Below are positions 11,411 to 20,526 of a stretch of 20,888 nucleotides of DNA, one piece after another. The position numbers and the translations under genes are program-made. The notes under the pieces were generated by a model, which was not told the origin of the DNA, did not search any database, and saw only the letters and a list, made by a program, of their open reading frames with translations. Source of the DNA: Catajapyx aquilonaris (taxonomy: Eukaryota); the NCBI GenBank assembly GCA_000934665.2, contig KZ538483.1, positions 62,001 to 82,888 on the forward strand, written 5' to 3'. How positions within the stretch are numbered: position 1 is the first letter of the stretch; every line of letters starts with the position of its first letter.

Positions 11411-13687
11411 ACGAAATGTCAGTAAAACGATCAAAATTACTGGCTAAATTGCTAGATATTTAAGTATTAAATTTTCAGAGTTAATAAATATCTAACCTAG
11501 CTCCAGCAGCCTCTCAGCCTATTTATATATAATTATTTGAGCTATATCTTGTGACCAAGCATCTGTTCCACCTCAGCATTGTTACACAGGTAAAGCAATT
11601 TTTTTTTGCAGAGAAGCCAATATGAATTCCGTGTGTGTATATATATAGGGTTTGCGGAAGTGCGGGATAAAATCCGAAGCCCAGAGAGAGAGAGAGAGGG
11701 AAAGAGATAATCATCAAGATGAACGACCCCGCCCCTCGATTAATTTATTCATCGGGTTGCGTATCGCGACTCGCCGCCTCGCCAATTTATTGCCCCGGAT
11801 CCCCCCAATGGGAATATGTGTCTAAATATACGCCCGGGTTTGTGTCCCCAACCCCTTTCGACAGCCATTTTTATTGCTCCGGGGCCAAAAGACAATTTTT
11901 AGAGAGAGGGACAGCACATGACCGTTCCCGATATGATGTTGATTGGGGACGAAAAACTGCAACAATATATAACACTTGTGAAGCTGCTAATTGGCCCAAG
12001 TGTTGAAGCCATCGCTCAAGTCAAATCACGCACACATCAACTCCAATTTCCTGAAAATTTCAACTGATTTTCTCAATAGCCAAATGTTGTGGGAAATATT
12101 AGGGCTCTCCAACTTTTTCAAGTTGAAACTAACCATTTTAGGGTATCGGCCGATTACACATTTCTGCTTGATTTCTCATGTGCGGTGAACATGACCGTAT
12201 GATTCGACAAGGCAATTGAAGACGGCACTTAGGCCTAATTGTTCAGCTCAACTTGAACATAAAAATATTTATGCCCAAAGAGCATCCGGGATTTTATCAT
12301 ATTAATATTTATACCTTTATTCATTTTCATGTATAAATATGTGCATTTTCATCTAAAGGGTTGGCCCACGATGGAGTAAAATAAATAATAATAAAAATAA
12401 ATATGTGCATTTTATTCACACATTAATCACACATTAATTTTAAAATGCGACTAATTAATAATTTCCTGCATTCATGTTAATGGGTAAGGTGCACCCAATG
12501 TATAAGCGTAGGCCTACATTTATGCACCAAAATGAATAAATGGAACTTTTCATAATTTTATTCATTTTTACATTCAAAATTTTAAAGCGCACTCATCCCC
12601 AAAATAACGAGAAATATTTATTCACATGTACCAGTTTTTCACACACTAATTTACAAAATGCATTAAATGCATCCGGATCAGCCTCGGCTATAACAGTCTT
12701 TCGGTCCACTGGGTCCATTGAAGTCTGTTATATCCTGATTCAACTATTTATATGCACCAAAATGAATAAAGGGATTTTTTTTAAAATTAAATTTTAACTA
12801 CCCCATTGGGATTTAGGGGGGGTGGAATACCACCATTTTTTCATGTCATTTTTTCTAATAAAGGGAAATATTGTGCACCTGCCCCACCAGTTTACAACAA
12901 AAATAATTTTTGAGCCGTCCATGTTCTCTATAATATTTCCACACATGTGGATATGCCCCCAAAAACTGGACCTAAAAACCGCCATAATCAAAGCCCCCTT
13001 CCCCTCCCCTGCTGTTTGAATGTATGGCAAATGTGGGAATAATACGTTCTCGCCCTGGGATAATTGGCAAGTCCGCGCATGCCCCCTCATGTGACCCGAC
13101 CCCTCGCAATTATTCATCACGTGTGTCTCCCTAGAGGATTCCATAGGGATGGTGCACAGAATTGGATTCATCCCCCTCTCTCTCTCACATCATATACACA
13201 GCACACAGGGTGTACAAGAATGTAAGTATGGTGCCATACCATCCCTTTAAAAAAATATGGTGGTAGAAAAATGTTAGGGGGCAAAATCCCATCACCCTTC
13301 TGAACACTTCCCCTTTCTATGAATTCGTAAATTCCCATGAATGCCAAATGCGGGTTGGCTCCTCCCCCTTAGTATATAGAGCTCGACTTATGACTTGGTC
13401 CACGGGAATAGAGTGATTAAAATGGATTGTACGGTGGGACCCCTACTTTTTTTTTTTTTTTTTTGGTAACCTTACTGTTGTATTTTTGATGGAGGGGGTT
13501 TTATACCTGGGGATGTCTCGGAGGTGAAATCAGTCAAGGGACAGGTCTCGAGAGGAACCCGCGGGTTTCGTCGGAGGAAAACCCCCCGTACATAATTTAC
13601 CGCAATTCGTCATTATATACACCCCAATTGCGAACGGAAGCCTAAAAATTTAAAAAAAATATAGATTATTTACAATATATAATCATT

Positions 13688-14210
13688 TCTATATATATAA
13701 ATGGCAAAGTTCGTTCGTCCATTTCATACCCATTTTATACCCGCTCAGCAAGTCGCGTGTAGTCTTATAATTGTTGCTATATTGACCATTTTTGTACGGT
13801 CCTTACAACGGACCTAAGAATTCGTGCACTTTATATATAAAAAAGCAAAGTTCGTTTGTTTGTCAATTTTATATATACAGTATATAGCATAACTCTTGAC
13901 ATTTTCAGGATTTTTTTTTGTGCTGTCCAAATCAGTGGCATCATTGTTGTGCTTACAACGAGCCTAACAATTAGTGGACTTCATGTATATAACAAGTAAA
14001 GTTTGTTTGTCCATTTCGCACACCCATTTTATACCCGCCTGTACGAACAACTAGATAATTCATAAAATTTCAGGATATTTTTGTATTCGATCTTACACCG
14101 AGGCTAACAATTTGTGGGTTTTATATATAACAGGCAATGTTCGTTTGTTTGTTTGTCAATTTCGTATACCAATTTTATACCCTATAGTCTTATAATTCGT
14201 GACATTTTCA
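13688..14210 (+). repeat. Degenerate ~145-bp tandem repeat (4 units), Helitron/Helentron-like motifs
   Basis: TATATATAA..GCAAAGTTCGTTYGT blocks at about 13690, 13832, 13985 and 14122. TTTTATACCC occurs in three units. The array starts TCTATATATATAAA. Confidence 0.7.
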
Positions 14211-14644
14211 ATGGATTTTACGGCGGACTGTATATGTGTAAAAATCGGATGCTGCTAAACCAAAATAGTGGTGCTGGGAGAGCACAGACGACTAAGGCCA
14301 CATGATACATCTGTGACACGATAGGCCTAGTTAAGCACCGGGTTGATCCGCGCTATTAATTCCGTCGCAACCTATTAATAAAACGACGGGTATGCCCTCG
14401 GTACATCCCTCCATACCTGCGGTGGTGCAACGGGTCATACGACCGTACATGCGAGTGAATGGAACTATACGTAGGTTATTATTAGTCGTACCCGCGCGTA
14501 ATTTAGGCCACATTGTATATGATTGCGTGAAACCTGCTGCACATTCTTATGTATTGCATTGCATTGTCTTATTCACATCCAAAGTGTTTATAGGCCACAC
14601 ACTTTCAATAATGCCGCATTGTTGTTATTCACTAAATTCAGCGC

Positions 14645-15731
14645 TGTCAACAACTAGTAGAGATTAGTTATGGGACATTTCCAGCCGGAAAAGGATTCCC
14701 AGGCGTTGGTGCAACCGGCCAATTAATTGTTGTCAACAACTAAAAGCAATGGATATGTACCATTTTTTGCCGATTTTCCGGCCGAAAAATGTTTTCCAGC
14801 CGTTAGCACAACCAGCCAAAATTTTCATTGTTGTCAACTACTAATAACAAGGTTAAAGTTCTGGACAATTTACTGGCTCTTTTCCGGCCCGGAAAATATC
14901 TTACAGGTTGGATAATTACTGCTGCCAACAACTATAGTTAACAAAGTTTAGAGCTTAGTATAGTTCTGGACATTTTCTGGCCCCAAAGACGTTGATGCAA
15001 CCAGCCATTTACTGACATTACTGTCAATAACTAACAACAACTTATGTAGCTTAGTTCTGGACATTTTCTGGCTCATTTCCGGCCGGAAAATTACTATTCA
15101 CTTGCTGTCAGCAACTAATAACAATGGTAGAGCTTGTTCTGAACCTTTCCTGACTATTTTCCGGCCGAAAATCTGTTGAGGTGCAACGGGTCAATGTTGT
15201 CAACAACTAATAACAAGGGTGGTAGACATTTTCCGGCTCTTTTCCGGCCGGAAAATGTTTTTTTTTCCAGGCCTGATAATTACTACTGCTGTCAACAACT
15301 ATTAACAACGGTAGAGCTCAGTTACGGACATTTTCCGGCTATTTTCCGGCCAAAAATCCGTTGGTGCAACGGGTCAATCACTATTCAATGTTGTCAACAA
15401 CTAATTAACAAGTGGGTTAGTCATTTCTGGCTCTTTTCCTGCCGGAAAAATTACTATTAACTACTGTCAACAACTAGTAACAGCGGTAGAGCTTAGTTCT
15501 GAACATTTTCCGGCTCTTTACCGGCCGAAAAGCCGTTGGTGCAACGGGTCAATCACTATTCAATGTTGTCAACAACTAATTAACAAGTGGGTTAGACATT
15601 TCTGGCTCTTTTCCGGCCGAAAATCCGTTGGTGCAACCGGTCAATCACTGTTCAATGTTGTTAACAACTAATAACAATGGGTGGATAGACATTTCCCGGC
15701 TCTTTTCCAGCCGGAAATGTTGGTGCAACCG
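14645..15731. repeat. Satellite-like array, 12 diverged units of ~73-102 bp
   Basis: TGTCAACAACTA-type anchors at 14645, 14731, 14832, 14923, 15022, 15106, 15198, 15290, 15392, 15465, 15567 and 15659, each followed by variants of GACATTTTCCGGCTCTTTTCCGGCCGAAAA. Confidence 0.92.
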
Positions 15732-15779
15732 TCCTATATATGTGTGATTTTTTTTGTTTTGTTTTAAAATAAATTTTAC

Positions 15780-15958
15780 CTGAAGAAGTCGTTCCTGCAG
15801 AAGAGTTTCCCCTCCCGACTGAAGCACTTTTCGGTGAGGTTGGCGTGGCAGTCGTAGCACCTGACACACTCTGCGTGCCAGGTCCTGTCCAGCACGTTGA
15901 GGAGGAACTTGTCCAGGATGGGCTTGTCACAGCCAGCACACGTGATGATCATGGTCAT
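15780..15958 (-). CDS. Lim1: LIM-homeobox protein Lhx1/5 (Lim1), first coding exon, LIM domain 1
   Basis: Translates [59 protein letters not shown](R), a LIM zinc-finger pattern closely matching Lhx1/5. ATG 15958 is in GCCATG context (alternative ACCATG at 15952), with an in-frame TAG upstream at about 16046-16048. Ends AG|GTAAAA (phase-2 donor at 15779). Confidence 0.96.
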
Positions 15959-16444
15959 GGCAGTCCGGTGATGGAGCGACCACCACCAGCACGATCCTTC
16001 CAACGTGATGGTGGTTGTCGAATCTCGTACCTTTCCCTCGCGACACTAACTCTTTGGTACTATACTGGGGGAGGTCAGAAGTGACTGTTAGTGTACCGGC
16101 TCGGTCATCGTCACAAGCTGCACTGGGCAATCCCTGGGAGAGTATTTGATGGGCGGCAGGGTAGCCCAGCCAATCCTAGCTGTGGTGTCACGTGAGAGTG
16201 GATCCTGATCCGGATTGGGTGTGCTGGGAGGGGCATAGGGTTGGAGGACCAGTGTCTGGGAGGCGCATGTCCGGACCGGTTCTAAGCCTAGCACGTGTCA
16301 TGGCTGGGGTAACCAACGGATCTGTTCCGCATCTGCTGCCAATCCCACACACCTTCGGAATCACTAGTTGGTCTTTAAGGACCTGGGGGGGTACTAATGC
16401 TAGTTTAAATGATGGGGAGACCGGTTCCGGTACGGGTCCACTTG
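15959..16444 (-). other. Probable Lim1 5' leader/UTR (GC-rich) with upstream ATGs
   Basis: GC-rich non-repetitive segment directly 5' of the ATG, with several short ATG-initiated ORFs. Transcription start not identifiable. Confidence 0.45.
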
Positions 16445-17127
16445 TGGTGGCGCCACGAGCCGTTGGGGGGGCAAAAGAGAGAATCGAAATTTGCATCTGT
16501 ATGACCTGATCGTAAATCAAGTGAAGGCGGGAGCGCAAGATTCGCTATTTTGCCTCCACGGCATGTGGCGCCACCTGTACGGCATCATTAATGTCCCACT
16601 CAAAAACATGAATACAATTATGCATTTGATTTCAATGAAAAAATCGTGTATATTTTTGAGCGATATAGTACATACAGGCCCTGTACACAGTCTGAGTGAC
16701 CTACGAATCCCTGGAACATCCTGTAGATTCGTGGGTCACTGAATTAGACGTTTTCGAGAACAAAAGTCTTATAGAACGGCTGTCTGTCTGTGGACAGGCA
16801 TCAGACAGACAGACAGATCTGTGCTATAAGACTTTTTTTTTTGAAAACTGATATCGCCCGATAACAGCTATTTTTGTTGTTGTGTCCCTAACTATGTGCT
16901 CCATTTTATAGTTGTAGAACGGGGCACGTGGTTAGGGGAATAACAAGCTACAAAAAATAACTGCTATCGGGCGATATCAGTTTTCAAAAAGTGACCTGCG
17001 AATCTGGAACATCCTGTATTTTTTAAAATCCCACATAAATTCTCATATAAATCAAGTGAAGGTGGTCATACGGATGGCAAATTACGATTCGCTCTTTTGC
17101 CCCCCCCCCCAGCTCATGGCGCCACCA
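16445..17127. mobile_element. MITE-like element with ~62-bp terminal inverted repeats and nested hairpins
   Basis: 16445-16506 is the imperfect reverse complement of 17064-17127, with a third copy at 16513-16580. Internal direct repeat GTGACCT.CGAATC..TGGAACATCCTGTA at about 16697 and 16991. Internal hairpins at about 16751-16847 and 16838-16990. No clear target-site duplication. Confidence 0.7.
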
Positions 17128-17256
17128 GTACACTGTACAGGTGTTGTATAATGAGCCTAATTTCTAGGGTCGGCATGGAGCCATGTGATAAATAAATTAT
17201 AAAAAATTTAATTCACACATACATATACTCACACCCACTATGCACAGTATACAGTA

Positions 17257-17322
17257 TACAATCGCGAGCATAAAGATGTGGACGGTTGATCAACCGTCCA
17301 CATCTTTATGCTCGCGATTGTA
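17257..17322. repeat. Perfect loopless 66-bp palindrome with TA ends (minimal MITE-like)
   Basis: TACAATCGCGAGCATAAAGATGTGGACGGTTGA|TCAACCGTCCACATCTTTATGCTCGCGATTGTA, 33/33 pairs. Confidence 0.95.
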
Positions 17323-17343
17323 CTCATACCTCACATACATACA

Positions 17344-17473
17344 CTAGCAGGGGACCCTTCTTCGCACGGGGAGGCATCGGTGTGCCAAGTTTCAGTACTC
17401 TCAGTAGTCCGGAAGTGGGTTAGGCAACTCCGGACATACAGACAAACTTTCTATTTTATATAATATATGTAGA
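17344..17473 (-). mobile_element. Short non-autonomous Helitron-like element
   Basis: Minus strand reads 5' TCTACATATATTATATAAAATAGAAAGTTTGTCTGTATGT ... CCCGTGCGAAGAAGGGTCCCCTG-CTAG|T 3'. This gives 5' TC, a short microsatellite, a GC-rich subterminal hairpin and 3' CTAG before T, as in insect Lep1-like Helitrons. Confidence 0.7.
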
Positions 17474-17668
17474 GACAGACACACACGTACACATACGTAT
17501 ACAGTACGTATCTATACTTACGTACATGTAATACATGCCGGTATGGTACGTATACGTATCGCTCTAAAAATATGATTTTGAATTATTTCACTTCAGTGCG
17601 AAATCGTCTCCATATTTTTGAGCGATATGGACATGTACGAGTATATAGAGCTAACTCAACTTTCCAAT

Positions 17669-17790
17669 CGATGGACTTCCTATGGATATGGACATTTCGA
17701 CGTCTAGTGGACGTCCGTGGGACATCCGCGTTTCTACATGGACCTGTCGACCAGTTATCGACGTCCTGTGGACGTCGTGTGTTGTCTGGG
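17669..17790. mobile_element. Possible DNA-transposon end fragment (CCCAG terminus with GACGTC subterminal repeats; CMC/EnSpm-like)
   Basis: Repeated GGACGTC/GACGTC/GGACAT units ending in TGTTGTCTGGG. The partner end was not found. Confidence 0.35.
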
Positions 17791-17917
17791 AAGTTCCGTC
17801 AGAACCGGTACCGGTATACCTAATTTTGTCCTCTCTAGTTCTCGTGGATCGCAATAATTGTGCAATTTTTTATTATTATTTCCCGCCTACTTAACTAACA
17901 ATCAGTTATGATAATTC

Positions 17918-17931
17918 CCACTAGATGGCGG
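17918..17931 (+). promoter_or_regulatory. CTCF-like motif
   Basis: CCACTAGATGGCGG matches the CTCF core CCASYAGRKGGCRS and lies between Lim1 and the Kazal cluster. Confidence 0.5.
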
Positions 17932-18643
17932 TTAGTACTGGACCGCATCTAAATTACAGCGCAATTGTAACATGCAACGTGCAATATATCATATATAGCC
18001 TTAGTTGCCTCAGTTCCTTAAACCAATCAGGCTCTATAGAAAGACCTTACGAAATTTACATTATTTCCTGTCAATTCCGATTATTTTCATTTAAATTATC
18101 ATTAAGGCGGTCATGAAGTGCCCCGAAGTGCCCACATTGAAATGCATACTGATCAAAGTCACATATTTAGTTTAATAGACAGTGTCGGTTTTATGATTTG
18201 GTCGCAATTACATCCGTTTGAAACATTGTATTTAAAAATAATGTGAATTAAAGGTCTTGCTGGTTGTACTGTATGCTTGAACATTGATCGTGGACATTTC
18301 ACGTGCTTCCAACTATTTCTGGGAGATGTCGGGTTGGTGCTGGGGCTTCTCTCGGCCACACCAGACATCAAGAGAAGCCACGCCACGACCGGAAAACTTG
18401 TGAAGCTTCATGAGTTCCTATTCTCCTCAGATGGCGCACAAAACATTCAAAACATTACATTTTCGACTTAAAATTTCTCATAATCGAAAAATCGGGGGAA
18501 ATGATCCTGACAAACATTCTATGTAATTGTTGTCCAATTTGAATTTCGAGCAAAAAAAAAAGTCTACTCGAATAACACTCATGATTTGCCAATCTTGTTT
18601 TTATTCCACATCTACATTCATACTATACAATTGAATCCATTGT

Positions 18644-18934
18644 TTATTTGTAACTGCATGGTCCATCGTGCAACTTGTAGAGACCTGCAATGAGTTCAAC
18701 AATAAACTGTAGCCTATACCAAAACTTCATTATTAAGACGGAGTGAAACTTACTTGGATCGCATTGTTGAGCACACTTCAAGTGACACTCGTTGGAGTAC
18801 GTGTATCCGTCAGATCCACACACAGGATCGTAGATGGCAGGGCAGATACAACCACCAGGTGGATTGCATGGCTTGTGTCTGGCAGATGCGCCTAAGAAGA
18901 TGGCTGCCAACAATAGGACTTGGATAGCCGACAT
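18644..18934 (-). CDS. Secreted Kazal-type serine protease inhibitor A (exons 18934-18754 and 18684-18644; 73 aa; P1 Ala)
   Basis: Signal peptide MSAIQVLLLAAIFLGASA, then CICPAIYDPVCGSDGYTYSNECHLKC and HDGPC Kazal motif. 69-nt intron GTAAGT..TTGCAG. TATTTAA upstream (18979-18973) and AATAAA at 18605-18600. Confidence 0.93.
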   Translation of the reverse strand: MSAIQVLLLAAIFLGASARHKPCNPPGGCICPAIYDPVCGSDGYTYSNECHLKCAQQCDPSKFHSVLIMKFWYRLQFIVELIAGLYKLHDGPCSYK

Positions 18935-19244
18935 GATTGGTGTTGTGGACAATATAGTCTGGAGCAGGCTGCTTAAATAGCAATAGTTTATCACATTGTA
19001 AAACTGACTTTATCACAGATGGGATTTGTCTTGAGCCTAAGATTTTGCCGGATTATGAGTAAATGGTGCAACATGTCGCAATAAACAGCGTTATCAAAGT
19101 AGCTCGTTGACCTCTGATTACTCGATTTATGCCAGAAACAATGGACATCTATCTACATTAAATGGGGCCATCATGATTCGAACCAGTATTTAACAGGCGA
19201 CACTTCACATTTGCTTCACATGTTCACATTGAACTATAGCAACA
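18935..19244. promoter_or_regulatory. Divergent promoter region shared by Kazal A and B
   Basis: 310 bp between the ATGs. An outward-facing TATTTAA lies about 40-55 nt before each ATG. TTATCA (GATA) sites occur near 18988, 19010 and 19091. Confidence 0.6.
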
Positions 19245-19542
19245 ATGTTCCGAGCTGTTGTCGTACTTCTGGCAGCCATGACCTTGTGTCAAAGTGCAGA
19301 CGATGACAGTTGCTATCCTCGCAACTGCTACTGTCCAGCTGTGTACAACCCAGTGTGTGGAACCAATGGTGTGACATACCCTAACGAATGTGTCCTCAAA
19401 TGTGCAGCTAGGTGTTATCCAGGTGAGTACATTATTGTTCATTTGAACCTGATTTTTAAACAATGTTAATCATTGCTACCATTTGTTAACAGATTTGCAC
19501 AAAGATTACAACGGAGCCTGTTATTCACAGAAGAAGGTTTAA
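19245..19542 (+). CDS. Secreted Kazal-type serine protease inhibitor B (exons 19245-19422 and 19493-19542; 75 aa; P1 Ala)
   Basis: Signal peptide [17 protein letters not shown], then [27 protein letters not shown] 70-nt intron GTGAGT..TAACAG restores [23 protein letters not shown] at 19187-19193. Confidence 0.93.
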
Positions 19543-19601
19543 GTGTAAGTTAATCAATTTTATTGCACTAATCAATTACACATGTCACTGCTATGTTGCA
19601 A

Positions 19602-19937
19602 TTATTCAGTTTCCTCGTCATGTTTGGCTGTTGTTTCCTGCTGGCACTCCCCATCATATGCCTTGCGAAGACCTGAAATGCAATGACACATGTTAATATC
19701 TGACGAAATTAGGCACAACATGTTATTACCTGGCGTACACTCCTTAGCACACATGAACTCACACATGTTGGAATAAGTGACGCCATTAGATCCACACACA
19801 GGATCGTAGTTCTTGGGGCATATGCAATTTCGAGCGTAACACACACATTTGCGAGGGTTGCATCGGTCCACATCTTCATAAACACTGGCCATCACCAACG
19901 ATACGCTCAGGACCAGAATAAACAAACGCAGCATCAT
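19602..19937 (-). CDS. Secreted Kazal-type serine protease inhibitor C (exons 19937-19730 and 19672-19602; 92 aa; P1 Lys)
   Basis: Signal peptide MMLRLFILVLSVSLVMA, then CICPKNYDPVCGSNGVTYSNMCEFMC and YDGEC. 57-nt intron GTAATA..TTTCAG, acidic tail, AATAAA at 19564-19559. Confidence 0.93.
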   Translation of the reverse strand: MMLRLFILVLSVSLVMASVYEDVDRCNPRKCVCYARNCICPKNYDPVCGSNGVTYSNMCEFMCAKECTPGNNMLCLISSDINMCHCISGLRKAYDGECQQETTAKHDEETE

Positions 19938-19942
19938 GTTTG

Positions 19943-20045
19943 CTTATAATTTAGGAAAGAATATTAAACTCACAAAAATTCGTGCCAACATAGTGTACTT
20001 ACCTGTGGTTGCAGATGGTGAGTGTCGAATTGTACTGTTTATATA
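19943..20045 (-). promoter_or_regulatory. Kazal C promoter, short non-coding first exon and 5'UTR intron
   Basis: TATATAAA at 20045-20038, a perfect donor CAG|GTAAGT at 20002, and a candidate acceptor ATAAG|CAAACATG at 19943, giving a 60-nt intron. Confidence 0.5.
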
Positions 20046-20526
20046 CCATCAGGTATCTATTCATGCATAGATTAGATCAGTTGCACACAAACTGCTTCAT
20101 ACTGCATTTTATACCAATAACCGATTAATTGATGGGTTCATACAAGTCTGTGCACACATGAACCCTTATCGTTCACATATGTAGATATACAGCTGCATTT
20201 GTTGACAAAGATATGTGCTAAATCCCCCTTTATAAAATGATAAAAGTGTCAGATCGTTGTGCAATATGTATATAAAAAAATTGGGTGTCATTAATATTCA
20301 TATTTTTCAGTCTGCATGATGGGATCTGCATGATGACTATACAACACCGATGAATTTCCAACGTTTTATTAACCAGCATTGTACAATCGAATCAAATTAA
20401 CTGTGTAATGGGAGCTATAAACATTGCAATAAAAAAGTGCCAAATAAGCTGGTTCATCACTTACATGCTTTTAGACGTGTGAGTCACATTGTTTTATGCC
20501 AATTTTTATAACCGACTCATTCGGTT

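Larger units (their letters stand above)
2532..15779 (-). other. Lim1 intron between LIM1 and LIM2 exons (13,248 bp, phase 2)
   Basis: GT..AG boundaries with matching phase. The position between the two LIM domains matches the first intron of vertebrate Lhx1. Confidence 0.92.

Noticed and set aside
14645..15731. CRISPR-like appearance (conserved anchor with variable spacing)
   Set aside because: The intervening segments are homologous to one another rather than unique spacers, there are no cas genes, and the context is a spliceosomal intron.
15959..16003. N-terminal extension [15 protein letters not shown] of Lim1 from the ORF track
   Set aside because: It starts at TTG. Lhx1/5 proteins typically begin just before LIM1, and the ATGs at 15958 and 15952 have good context.
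16188..16538. 116-aa and 105-aa overlapping ORFs upstream of Lim1 as separate genes
   Set aside because: No domain similarity, they run into repeat sequence, and GC-rich DNA yields such ORFs by chance.
18159..18471. GC-richer patch with short ORFs, as a possible fifth Kazal or other exon
   Set aside because: No cysteine pattern, convincing ATG-led signal peptide or splice pair.
18935..18994. 20-aa N-terminal extension of Kazal A in the ORF track
   Set aside because: It has a non-ATG start and overlaps the TATA-like box. The signal peptide begins at ATG 18934.
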